Below are positions 13,633 to 26,379 of a stretch of DNA of 64,000 nucleotides, one piece after another. The DNA lies in assembly GCF_009914755.1 (NCBI RefSeq), contig NC_060943.1. The stretch is one strand, 5' to 3'. Made by a program: the position numbers and the translations under genes. The notes under the pieces are model-generated. The model searched no databases. It saw only the letters and a list, made by a program, of their open reading frames with translations, and had not been told where the DNA came from. This DNA is from the human T2T-CHM13v2.0 reference genome, Homo sapiens. How positions within the stretch are numbered: the stretch's first letter is position 1; every line of letters begins with the position of its first letter.

Positions 13633-13925
13633 TTTTTTTTTTTTTTTGAGATGGAGCCTTGCTCTGTCGCCCAGGCTGGAGTGCAGTGGCACGATCTCAG
13701 CTCACTGCAATCTCTAACCTCCACTTCCCAGGTTCAAGTGATTCTCCTGCCTCAGCCTCCAGAGTAGCTGAGATTACAGGCGCCCACCATCATGCCTGGC
13801 TAATTTTTGTATTTTTAGTAGAGACAGGGTTTCACCACGTTGGCCAAGTTCTTGACCTCAGATGATCTGCCCGCCTCAGTCTCCCAAAGTGCTAGAATTA
13901 CAAGTGTAAGCCACCACGCCTGGCC
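13633..13925 (-). mobile_element. AluS
   Basis: PolyT followed by antisense Alu consensus. Confidence 0.95.
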
Positions 13926-15038
13926 TGTCTTCTAATTTTTGATGTGCTAAGCCTGCATTAAAAACTACAACTCCACATGGACCCTCCAGGGTGGTCCTCC
14001 GCGTGGTCCACAGAGGGAGGGAGTAAGCCTTTGCTCTGGTCTGAGCCAAAGGTCACTGTGACTGAGTTTGATCATCTCAGAGCCTAGGGGAAGAAGCCCC
14101 CCACCCAGAGGCCAAAGCTGGAGGAGAGAGGCCAATACATGACCAGTCTGATGCAGCTCTCCAGTGTGTCTGGCCTGACTGCTGCCTCCCCTCGAAGTCC
14201 ACACTCTGACCACAGAGCTGTCATCAGGGCCCAGGAACAGCCGGCTCCTGTGCTGGGGCAGCCCTGCCACCTGGAACCCCACGTACCTGTCCCGTGTCCT
14301 AGGGCAGCAGGTGGCCGTGACTGTGACAGAGGCTGGTCTCCAGGCTGTGCCCTGGGGACCCAGCAGAGAATGTAAGAAGTTGGATTTTCCCATGAACACA
14401 GATGAGAATTGAAGCCCTTGGGTGAGGCTTTTTTCCGGGCGTTCTGTGCCCAGGAGTCCAGGCTGCCCGCTCATTGCTGCATGTGTTGAAACTTCAGTTT
14501 TGCATCTAATTTGCATATGAACAGCCTGCCTCAGATGGAGGATGCAGTTCACAGTGAGGCAGTCAGAGGCCCATGGGGACAATGTGTCCCTCAGCCCTGG
14601 GGCAGTGGAGACCTCACAAGGGCAGAGCCTGAGCCGGTGGGAGAGGAGCCAGAGAAGGTGTGGCCCGGTCCCAAAGCAGGCCCCGGCCTGGCATACTGTG
14701 GATGGTGAAAGGAGCTGGCAGAGCCAGTCTTCATGGCCACCCAGCCAGGGCTGGGGGTGGACAGACTCCTCCAGTGGGATTGCCCCTGTCTGCATCTAGC
14801 CAGGGGGCTGGCACCTGCTGCCCAGATGCGTGGGCCCTTCCCAGCTGGGAGGCTCCAGCCAGAACCCTGGGCCCAGCTTCTGGGAAGCCCCATACCCTTC
14901 CTCATGTCCAAGGCCAGCTCTCAGTCCAGAAAGCACCAGCCTTTCCACAGGCATTGATGGGCATTGTGCCAGAATGACACAGATGGACATGACACAGGCC
15001 CTGCCCCAAACACACCGAGAACCAACAACCCTTCACTA

Positions 15039-15293
<255 letters not shown>

Positions 15294-15324
15294 TTAAAGC
15301 CCCATGAGATCACATGAGACCCTG

Positions 15325-16200
15325 TCTGTACTGGGTCAAATTGGGTGCCCGCCCCACCCTCAAAAAATGCTCAATCCCAGCTCCCTGTGCTTGTAAACTG
15401 TGACCTTGTAGGGTCTTTGCCGATGTAATCAAGTTAGGCCACTAGAGTGGGCCCTTTTTAAAAACATTTTATTTCCATAGGTTTCTGCGGAACAGGTGGT
15501 GTTTGATTACCTAAGTTCTTTAGTTAGCGGTGAATGGTGAGATTTTGATGTACCCATAACTGGAGCAGTGTACACTGCACACAATTTGTAGTTTTTTATC
15601 CTTCACCCCCTTCCCACCCTTTCCCCGAGTTCCCAAAATCCACTGTATCATTCTTATGCCTTCGCATCCTCATAGCTCAGCTCCCACTTATGAATGAGAA
15701 CATACAATGTTTGGTTTTCCATTCCTGAGTTATTTCACTTAGAAAAATAGTCTCCAGTCTCACCCAGGTGGCTGCGAATGCCATTAATTCATTCCTTTTT
15801 ATGGCTAAGTACTATTCCATCATATATATATATATATATATCAGAGTTTCTTTATCCACTCGTTGATTGATGGGCATTTGGGTTGGTTGAGTGGGCCCTA
15901 TTTTAATATGACTGGTGTCCTTATAAGAAGAGGAGAAGAGACACACGTGTGCAACAGCTGTGTGAAGACGAAGCAGAGATTGATCTTCTGTTGTTGCAAG
16001 CCAAGGAACGCCTGGGCTGTCGAAAGCTGGAAGAGTCGAGGAAGCATCAGCCCGTACCCAAGAGGCAGTGGAGGGAGTGTGACCCTGCTGGCACCTTCAT
16101 TTCAGACATCTAGCCTTCGGAACTGTGAGAGAACACATTTTTGTCATTTTAAGCCTCCCAGTTTGGGATACTTTGTTACAGCAGCTGCAGGAACAAACCA
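15325..16200 (+). mobile_element. MLT1 (MaLR) LTR interrupted by an L1 fragment
   Basis: gactggtgtccttataagaagagg, gcaagccaagga, ttttaagcc...cagtttg...tttgttacagcagc motifs. Confidence 0.8.
15456..15888 (-). mobile_element. 5'-truncated L1 (L1PB-like) 3' end with 11-bp TSD gagtgggccct
   Basis: Antisense L1 3'UTR (ctcccacttatgaatgagaacatac, ttcctttttatggct); TSD at 15445-15455 and 15889-15899. Confidence 0.88.
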
Positions 16201-16210
16201 AAGCACCTCC

Positions 16211-17083
<873 letters not shown>

Positions 17084-19062
17084 TGCCACCCCCCCATTCA
17101 GAACCCTTCATACTTCCCATGGAGTGGAGCCTGGCATTTCCCTCAGGCCTCTCTCCCCCAACCCGCCCACCTTCTCTCCTGCCAGCACCCTGCACTCGGG
17201 GCAGGCCATCTGTAGCTCAGCACTGCACTGTGAGGTCAGGTGCGTGACCAGCTGTGGGGCTGCCCCAGGGCTCGGAGGCCTTTCTTGTGTGCACCTTAGG
17301 TGTGGGAGCTGCTTCTTCCTAATGGGGGCATGGAAGCAGCAGGGCAGAGGCCGGCAGCCTGGGCTGTCCGGGACAACAGTGTTCATCCCACCAGATGCCA
17401 CTGTAAGGAGTCCAGGTGGAGCCGAAGCTCAGAATCCGGGTACTGCACGTGCTGAGGACCAAGATGCAGTCGGGACCTTGCCTTCAGGGAACTCCCCACC
17501 CCCAGTCGGGCCAGCCTGAGCCAAGAGAAGCAGCCAAAAGCCCTGGAGGCTCCCTGGCCTGTTGGGCAATGGAAGTGGACGTGGAGTGGACAGCGCCAAT
17601 GGGTGTGGGGCAACCTGCCAGCAGACTCAGCCACCAGAAGCCCCGGGCACATGGAAACGCGGCCACACAAACGGCCCCATCAGGAAATCCCAAAAGACCA
17701 AGAAGCACGACTCAAACTCCACCACAGACAGGGACCTGGGACTGGCATGGCCGCTCCTGCCCTCCTTCCCCAGTTCTCTCCCATGCCTGTCCCTCTGCAG
17801 ATTTGACTCTTTAAGGACAGTCGCAGTGATGGGAGTGGCGGGACACTAGCATCATCGCCCATCAGGGCTCGGGGCTGGGACATGAGCAGCCAATGCAGCC
17901 GTCATTCTCCCAAGAGTGAGCCACCTGGGGCTGGGGGAGGCCAAGGGCTCATTCGAGGCAGTTGGGTCCTGTCCTCACCTGTCAGTGCTGCCTGTCTACA
18001 GGGCCTGACCAAAAGGCTGCTCCCCAGTTACCACCCTCCATGGCTCCTGGGCAGTGGGGATTGGGGCTTTTGTGTGGCACCCTGCAGGTCTTCCTCCTGT
18101 GAGCCTAGAGAGGAGCGGGCAAGAGACCCTTCTCCTTGGACATGCTGGTATAGCCTCCTCCCCAACTCTGCCCCAAACCCAGGCCTGATGACTAAGAAAC
18201 TGGCCTCACACACTCATCAGTCTCTGCCTCTCCTCAATCAGGAGGCTTTTCAGCTAAACGCTGAGAACTTCAGCCAATGAAGAGTTCACACTGTGGAACA
18301 CATTTGGCAGTGCCCATAACTCACGCCTTGTTTATTCTCACCGATGCTCTTATCATAGCGCATGTGTTCCAGCCACTCCACGCATGTCATCTGTCCAGAA
18401 AGAGAAAGTGCTTGTTTATTTCTTACTGTGCGGGGGGATGGAGCTCCCTTACAGATTGTGAACCTTATATTGACAGGAGAAGAGAGGTAACTCAAGACAC
18501 CGAAAGTGGGGTGTGCGTGGTTGGTCTTGGATTCTGTCGCAGGGGTGGAGGTGGGGAGGCAGGGAAGGTGCGTGGCAGCATTGGTGGCGTTGGATGGAAG
18601 AGGAGGTGGGTTGTGGCTGGAGTTGCTCTGCAAGGCCACTGATGTTATCTAGATTGTACGTTTTATTTGGGGGCTTGAGAGGGGCTGGAGGTGGTTATAC
18701 TGAGGCCAAAACTCCTTCCCACCCATAAGTGCCCCCCACGGCACTGGTACCACTGACCCCTGGTGGCAAACCTTCCTCATCCTCGTGAGCCCTTAGCTGT
18801 ACTTCCCTGAGCGCTGATGGAGCTGTCCAGGGTCCTGACGTGCAGCCCACTTGGGGATGTGCAGACCCCTGCCCCAGGATACCTAAGGTTTCTCCTGGTT
18901 TTCACTTGCCCAGAGCCAGCAGTGGTTTTTGCTTCAGCCTTTATCTGACTGGTGCATGGAAGAGCAGTTTTCTTCCTAGTGGGGACACTAGGTTCACGGC
19001 AAAGGGGAGGTCCCTTTAGATTTCCTTCATTACGTTTCTTCTTTATTCGAAAGTGAACTTGT

Positions 19063-19521
19063 AGCCAGGTATGGTGGCTCGCACCTATAATTCCAGCCCT
19101 TTGGGAGGCCGAGGCAGGAGGATTTCTTGAGGCCAGGTGTTTGAGACCAGCCTGGACAACATAGCAAGACCCCATCTCTAACTATTTCTAAAATAAATGT
19201 AAATTTTTTTTCTTTTTCTTTATTTTATTTTATTTTTTTGAGACAAAGTCTCACTCTGTTGCTCAGGCTGTAGTGCAGTGGTGTGATCTCAGCTCACTGC
19301 AATCTCTGCCTCCTGGGTTCAAGTAATTTTCATGTCTCAGCCTACTGAGTAGCTGGGATAACAGGCATGCACCACCACACCCAGCTAATTTTTTTGTATT
19401 TTTAGTAGAGATCGGGTTTCACTATATTGGCCAGGCTAGTCTCGAACTCCCGGACTCAAGTGATCAGCCCATCTCAGCCTCCCAAGTGCTGGGATGACAG
19501 GCATGAGCCACCGTGCCCGGC
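19063..19521. mobile_element. FLAM/Alu left arm (+) adjacent to an antisense AluS (19205-19521)
   Basis: Alu consensus in both orientations. Confidence 0.9.
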
Positions 19522-22182
19522 AGTAAATTTTTAAAAATGTTAAAGTGAGCTTGTGGGGATAGGTCTAATCTTTGCCTGATAAGCTGCCGTAAGTCTAAGG
19601 GTTGGGAATAGCTTATGGCAAACTCAGGCTCTACTTAAGATGTTACTGATCTCTCTTACTCTCCACAAGGCAATTTTTCCTTTCAAAGGAGGAAGTTGCA
19701 GGCAGGTTGGCTTTATGGACACATGTAAACAGGAAATCAGGAGACTCGCCCAGCCCCAGGCTTTGTCTAGAAGGAACTTTTCCTCTAGTTAATGCCAAGG
19801 GCTCTAGCTCAGCGAGCATTAGAGTGGGACAGCCCCAGAAGCTTAGGCTCAGAGTCCAGAGGTCCAGGAGACAGTGTCCCCCTGTCCAGTCCTCACAGGT
19901 AAAATGGAACAGGACCACAGCCCACTGCCCTCCGAGGCTGTGGGGACAGTGCCAGTGGGAGGTCATGGCCTCAGGGGCTGCAACCTCAACAAGCACATGG
20001 CCTTCCATCTTCCCCCCGACTGGCAGGATCCCTTTTGGAAGTGGCTTCTCAGCCCCACTCTTGGCCAAATCTGGCATGACTCATTTGCTTTAGAAAAGGA
20101 ATATATAAGCACCGTCACACCTTGATGAGATGACAGGAGTGACAAGCAGAGTGATTTCCCATATCTGAGACTCTGAGGAGGAGAGGTGGTTTAGCAGAGC
20201 CAGCTGCCATAACCAGAAGAAAATAATTAAGGAAATCTGGCAGAGTAGAGGAAAACCAAGTGGTGCAGCGGGTCCCTTCTAGTGAAGGGAGCTGTCATCA
20301 TCGGCTGCGGGAGAGAAAGGAGCTCTGGAGGCTCGTGCTGGGACAGCTGCAGTAATGATGGGATGGGGAAGAGGAGGGGGTGGCTGTCAAGGAGGGAAAT
20401 AGACTCTGGGCATGGCAGGGGGTGGCAATGAGCAGCTTGATTCTAAAGACTCCTCTCTCAGGCCAGGCACCTGCTACTTACACCCCACACCCTGAAGGGT
20501 GCAGCCAGGTCTACTTGGAGCTTCCCCTCAGTCTCCAGGGAAGAGTCTAGAAGGCCTGTTTCAAAGATCCCCCACATGCACGCATGTGCACATAAGCTTG
20601 GGAGTGCCCAGGAAGATGGGGACACTCTGCCCTTTGCCCAGGGGAGAGCATACCCTTGTTCCCAGCCCAAAGGGACAAGCGGAAGAAAGATGAAATGTGT
20701 CCCAGTTCTGCCTGCATTTCTGCCTCTCTTGGGACTTGAGGAAGGTTCGGGCAAGCTCAGGGAATTCAGGCTGTCCATTCCAGGGCTGACCTTGCATCTC
20801 CTTCCTGGCCTGCTAATGACTGAAGGAGACGTGCGGGCACGGCCTCAGCCTTACATTGTCTGGGGCATGGCAGTGGCTGAGTCTGTAAAACTGGACCTCA
20901 TGGAGAAATCCACAGAATCTCTGGCTCAGGGAAGACCTGGAGATCCCTTCACCAGCTGGGCTCCTGCCACTGGACCTCTGCCCAGGACGTGGAGACAGCC
21001 AGGAAAGTGGTGGGACACTGGAACCCCCCTCCCGCAGGCAGCAGCCAGGATTTGCTCAGGTGTGGTCGGGCATGGTGCCCCGGCGCGCCAGCCAGAAGAT
21101 CCAGCTCTCTCCTTAAGGGATAGCTGGCTCTGATGGTGACCATGGCTTTTGGCAGAGCCTCAGGACGAAAATGTCCACCCACATGGTACTGGAGCAGAAA
21201 GAGCCCCTGATTCCTCGGTGGCCAGGTAGGGACTGGGGAAGGAGGCTCCAGCTTCTAAATAGATTCCCCCCAAAGGGAATCTCCTTGTCCTCCTGCGACT
21301 TTCCCCCAAAGCAGACCAAATGAGGTATGACACAGAATATTCTGCTCTGGCCAAAGGTTCACCTCACCAGAGCTTGCTTCTTAGGTGAGCCCAGCCCAGG
21401 CATGGGCCTCCTTGGTAGGCAGAGGGGGCGTTCCAGAGCATGGCCATTGATGCACTGGTCTCTCTGTGTCTTCCTGAGGTCATCAGTAAGTTAACGCTGG
21501 ACAATTACCCTCTACCTGGGCGCTGCTTAGGGCTTTGGGGGAGACCAGGGCGAGCAAGATATGCTTAGCTCACCCCAGAACTCCAGAGCCAGCTGAGAAG
21601 GCCAAGATCACAAAGCAAATGCCCAGGTTAGGGAACTTCCTGTAGCAAGAGGAGAAGAAGCACGTTCCATTCCTAGGCCTGGTGTGTGCAAAGGTGTGGG
21701 TGTGAATCATATTCCAAGCATAGAGAATCCACAGTGGCCAGAACTGGGGCATGGCTGATGGGGTGTGGAGAGAGAGTGGATCGAGCTTTCTGAAGGGTCC
21801 TTTCCCTGTGACTTAATGACATGGTGGGGTGCAGGAGGAGGTGGCCTGTGAGAGTCCTGGCTGCTCCACAGGGCAGGTATGGGCACACCTGGGCAGGGTG
21901 CCTTTCCAGACCTTGTAGATCACATCAGGAGGCAGGCGTGATGCAGAGAAGAGAGCCTCAGCTGCGAGCCAGTGGGACCACATGTTTGCTGCGTCCCCAT
22001 TTTCTGCATGGGTAGGGGATGGAGGGGCTCCAGCACTGAGCCATGCCCTAAGCTGCCTTTCCCTAGAGCCTACCCCAAGATCCCTCCAGCCTGGATGTCC
22101 ACAGCCAGCAGCCCATAAGCAGTTCCCTGGGAGCCATGTGGCAGATCCGCTAATACTGTCCTCTCCTCTGTTTGCTTTTCAG

Positions 22183-22220
22183 GAATAAAGTTCAACATCA
22201 GGCCAAGGCAGCCCCACCAC
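22183..22220 (+). CDS. CHST8: CHST8 penultimate coding exon (38 nt; (G)IKFNIRPRQPHH)
   Basis: Acceptor ctctcctctgtttgcttttcAG, donor CAC|gtaagt. Enters in phase 1, exits in phase 0, and joins in frame to DLPPGGSQ of the next exon. Matches the recalled human CHST8 stem sequence ...VPGIKFNIRPRQPHHDLPP... Confidence 0.93.
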
Positions 22221-22726
22221 GTAAGTTCTGAGAGTCAGATAAATCTCAGTGCACACAGCCCTTGGGAAACTGGGGAGGGCTGGGAAGAAAATTAGGAGCT
22301 CACATTGGATCCATTCTTGGAAAGAAAAATGTGTCCAGCCTTTCCCAGGAGCCTTGGGAACAAAGCCCAGGGCTCTGGACCCATGAATTTTCCCTTCCTT
22401 GTTAGAAGGCTTCTTTGCACGGTGCTAATAGAGGCCGTAAATCTGAGCCCGCCTGCAGGCCACCTATTCCCGCCACCCTCTCCCAGGCCAGGTTCCTGGG
22501 AGGACCGCGCCATCTTGTGGCCGAAATGACACTTACACCTCAGCGGGAGGGAGGCCTTTGGGTGCCGGGCCAGGGCTCAGACCGGAGGGGTCTCACCTAC
22601 AGAGTCAGCCTGTCTCCCTCACCTGAGAGGGACAGGAACCCCAGCCGTGGTGAGAGCCTGACCTGTGTGGCCCTCAGTGCCCAGCTGTCCTTTCCACTCA
22701 GATAACCACTTCTCTTCTTGCCCCAG

Positions 22727-23833
22727 GACCTCCCACCAGGCGGCTCCCAGGATGGTGACTTGAAGGAACCCACAGAGAGGGTCACTCGGGACTTATCCAG
22801 TGGGGCCCCGAGGGGCCGCAACCTGCCAGCGCCTGACCAGCCTCAACCCCCGCTGCAGAGGGGAACCCGTCTGCGGCTCCGCCAGCGCCGTCGCCGTCTG
22901 CTCATCAAGAAAATGCCAGCTGCGGCGACCATCCCGGCCAACAGCTCGGACGCGCCCTTCATCCGGCCGGGACCCGGGACGCTGGATGGCCGCTGGGTCA
23001 GCCTGCACCGGAGCCAGCAGGAGCGCAAGCGGGTGATGCAGGAGGCCTGCGCCAAGTACCGGGCGAGCAGCAGCCGCCGGGCCGTCACGCCCCGCCACGT
23101 GTCCCGTATCTTCGTGGAGGACCGCCACCGCGTGCTCTACTGCGAGGTGCCCAAGGCCGGCTGCTCCAATTGGAAGCGGGTGCTCATGGTGCTGGCCGGC
23201 CTGGCCTCGTCCACTGCCGACATCCAGCACAACACCGTCCACTATGGCAGCGCTCTCAAGCGCCTGGACACCTTCGACCGCCAGGGTATCTTGCACCGTC
23301 TCAGCACCTACACCAAGATGCTCTTTGTCCGCGAGCCCTTCGAGAGGCTGGTGTCCGCCTTCCGCGACAAGTTTGAGCACCCCAACAGCTACTATCACCC
23401 GGTCTTCGGCAAGGCCATCCTGGCCCGGTACCGCGCCAATGCCTCTCGGGAGGCCCTGCGGACCGGCTCTGGGGTGCGTTTTCCCGAGTTCGTCCAGTAC
23501 CTGCTGGACGTGCACCGGCCCGTGGGGATGGACATTCACTGGGACCATGTCAGCCGGCTCTGCAGCCCCTGCCTCATCGACTACGATTTCGTAGGCAAGT
23601 TCGAGAGCATGGAGGACGATGCCAACTTCTTCCTGAGCCTCATCCGCGCGCCGCGGAACCTGACCTTCCCCCGGTTCAAGGACCGGCACTCGCAGGAGGC
23701 GCGGACCACAGCGAGGATCGCCCACCAGTACTTCGCCCAACTCTCGGCCCTGCAAAGGCAGCGCACCTACGACTTCTACTACATGGATTACCTGATGTTC
23801 AACTATTCCAAGCCCTTTGCAGATCTGTACTGA
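22727..23833 (+). CDS. CHST8: CHST8 last coding exon: stem plus Sulfotransfer_2 catalytic domain of carbohydrate sulfotransferase 8 (GalNAc-4-ST1), 368 aa + TGA
   Basis: Acceptor cttctcttcttgccccAG|GAC within ORF 22718-23833. HNK-1 family 5'-PSB motif [13 protein letters not shown], 3'-PB motif [13 protein letters not shown]-terminus [15 protein letters not shown]. Codon 77 (22787-22789) is CGG (Arg). Confidence 0.98.
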   Translation, partial: DLPPGGSQDGDLKEPTERVTRDLSSGAPRGRNLPAPDQPQPPLQRGTRLRLRQRRRRLLIKKMPAAATIPANSSDAPFIRPGPGTLDGRWVSLHRSQQERKRVMQEACAKYRASSSRRAVTPRHVSRIFVEDRHRVLYCEVPKAGCSNWKRVLMVLAGLASSTADIQHNTVHYGSALKRLDTFDRQGILHRLSTYTKMLFVREPFERLVSAFRDKFEHPNSYYHPVFGKAILARYRANASREALRTGSGVRFPEFVQYLLDVHRPVGMDIHWDHVSRLCSPCLIDYDFVGKFESMEDDANFFLSLIRAPRNLTFPRFKDRHSQEARTTARIAHQYFAQLSALQRQRTYDFYYMDYLMFNYSKPFADLY

Positions 23834-23880
23834 GGGGCGCCGCAGCTGGCCGGGGCCGCCCTGCCCCGGTCACTCACCTG
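22790..23880. other. Gene-body CpG-rich island over the CHST8 last exon
   Basis: Visibly high CpG density across the coding exon. Confidence 0.6.
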
Positions 23881-24280
23881 TGCTCCCGGGCATCCTCCTG
23901 TCCCTGGCTCCTCATCCTGGGAGCAACAGGGCTCTGAGGACGTGAGGAGCCATCGCTGTGGGAGGCAGCAGGCCCCGGGTGGGGGGCAGAGGCGCCCAGC
24001 CTTGGATGGGGACCCCAGCCCCTGGCCTGTACCTGTTTCCTCATTCCTTGGCTGAGGGAGAGGCTGAGAACTGGGCAGACACCCCTGGAGCTCAGCCGAC
24101 AGTTTTGATGAGCAGGGAAGTCTGAGGCCCAGAGGACGGGGGGCCCAGCGGTAAGGGATGTCCCGCACTCCCTTAGCCATTGCCTTGGACCAAACCACGT
24201 GGTTTGCAGCTTTTCTACGAGCCAGGGGGGAGGTTCCCTTGGATTAAGGTTCCAAATAAAGCACATGGTTTCCAGAGCAG
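23834..24280 (+). other. CHST8: CHST8 3' UTR
   Basis: Lies between the stop codon and the polyA signal; 3' end approximate. Confidence 0.8.
24255..24260 (+). terminator. CHST8: CHST8 polyadenylation signal AATAAA
   Basis: AATAAA ~420 nt after the stop, followed ~22 nt later by GU-rich ggtgtgtactctgtggtggcgtg. Confidence 0.85.
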
Positions 24281-24788
24281 CGGTGTGTACTCTGTGGTGG
24301 CGTGGGAGCACGTGGACCCTGGGCTGGGCTTTCTGGGGCTCTTTCTGCCTTCCCGGGGCAGCTTGAGCCAGGTGCTGCAGGCCCCACTGCAGAGAAGTCC
24401 AGTTCAGGAGCAGCTTCCTGGGAGAAGAGCACAGAGGACCCAGCGGCTCTCAGCCAGGACCTGCAGGCGTCTGAGGCTAGGTCCCAGTCAACTGGGGTGC
24501 TTCCGTCTCAGTCCTGGCACATTAATCCTGAAAGGAAAAGATAGGCCTGTTCCTATGGGGGCCTCCTGGGGTGTCTTCTTATCAGTGCACCTTGCAGGGG
24601 CCTCTGGGGACTGCCAGAGCAGTAGCCAGCTCTCCAGGCAAGCTGCCAATCAGGGCTGAGGCCGGAGCCAGGGGGCACGGGGCATGCATCTCGGTGGGTG
24701 TGGTACTCCCAGCAGGAAGCAAGGCTGTCCCTGGCTTTCTGCACCTCTGAGCCAAGCAGGACTCTGGCCTGAGGCTGTCATCTGCAGA

Positions 24789-24840
24789 CACTCACCCTGA
24801 TCCCTGGCCCCACTCACCCTGATCCCTGGCCCCACTCACC
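24789..24840. repeat. 22-bp tandem repeat cactcaccctgatccctggccc x2.4
   Basis: Perfect copies at 24789-24810 and 24811-24832. Confidence 0.95.
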
Positions 24841-25204
24841 TGACAAAACCACCTCAGGGCTGTCAGGATGCACATGCTCTGGAGGAGGAGAGGAGAAGCC
24901 ATAGAGGAAACTTCTCCAAAAGCATACATGTTCACACCAGAGAGGGCTCCAGAAGTGTCAGCAGTCAATGTGGTTCTGGGAAGGTCTGGGAGGAGGTGTT
25001 TGTTGGAGTGTTGAGTGTGGGCATGAGTGTGGCTGCATTTGGGTTTTGTTTGTGATGGGAAGGGCTGCCTGACTCTGGAGTCTCTGCCCTCTGTCAGCCT
25101 GTCTGCAGGAGCCTCTGCATGCCCTCCTGGGTCATTCTGTGGGTTGCTCTGTGGGCCCTCCCAGGAGGCTGCCCTCTGTCTGTCCCTATTTGCTAGGGGA
25201 GATG

Positions 25205-25497
25205 CTGCTGATTCTCCACGTGGAGGTGCCACTGGATCCCTGGGTGGACCCCCAGGTGGAGGCCCTGCTGATTCCCAGGTGGAGAAACTGCCGGATCCCC
25301 AGGTGGAGGAACTGCTGGATCCCCAGATAGAGGAACTGCTGGATCTCCAGGTAGAGGAACTGCTGGATCCCCAGATGGAGGAAATGCTGGATCCCCAAGT
25401 GGAGGAATTGCTGATCCCCAGGTGGAGGAGCTGCTGGATCCTCAGTTGGAGGCGCTCCTGTATTACTAGTTGGAGGTGCTTCTGGAATCTCCCCAGG
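25205..25497. repeat. 24-bp minisatellite, consensus ctggatccccaggtggaggaactg, ~11-12 degenerate copies
   Basis: Directly visible periodicity. Confidence 0.93.
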
Positions 25498-26379
25498 CTC
25501 ACACCAGCCTGAGCTGCTCCATCTCCTTTTCTGCCTCCATCTTGGACCCTGGAACATTGCAAAGGGGAACAAGGCACTGAGCCTTCCTCCTGCCCCTTTG
25601 GGGTAACATCCATCCAGGAGATCTGAGAAGCAGGGAGACCTCCCTCGGGTTCCAGCTGGAAGCGGCTTGGACCATCCAACAGAAGTGACCCAGAGGGGCA
25701 GGGAAGAGGCTGTGGTCAGGGCCTGGGGAACTCTTGGGACCCGTGGAAGCTGAGACAGCAGATGCTGAGGGGCCCAGAAAGCCAGAGTAGCTGCCCTGCA
25801 CCTTGGCCAGGACCAGGGTCCATGTGAGAGGAGACAGGGAAGTGCCTGGCTGAGGACAACCTAAAAAGAGGTGCCCTGGGTCCCGGTGCTCAAACGTGAG
25901 ACCACGTTCATGTGCAGGAAAGTGTCCCTGGTCATGGGTGCATTTGGTGAAGCCAGAGGCAGTGCCCCTATGGCATCTGCTCAGCAGGGAACACCTGAAC
26001 TCTCCGCTGACACAGCATCTGGGAGCAGCTTGGAGACAGTGAGGATGACACAGCCCCTCCCCTGGGTGAGCGTGTGTGTGCGTCTGCATGTGTGTGTCGG
26101 GGGAGAAGGCACATGCACTTGTATCATCTCTCAGAGAAACGCCGGCTCAAGCTGGACAGACGTGGACACACAACGCATCCATCAGTGGGGGGCTTTTGTT
26201 GCAGGTGGTGATGACAGAAGACAGGTGCAGGCAGTGACCATGATCACCACTTGACAGCCCTGAGAGTGACCTCCAACTGAAGGCCAGAGGCCCAGCCTGG
26301 AGACCAACCCAGCTCCAACCCCCAACCCCAGCCCCAAACCTCACAGGGCTCAGGAAGAGCCGACTCAGTGCAGTGGTAG

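Noticed and set aside
22793-23755. 320-aa antisense ORF over CHST8
   Set aside because: Typical shadow ORF from high GC3 codon usage of the sense exon
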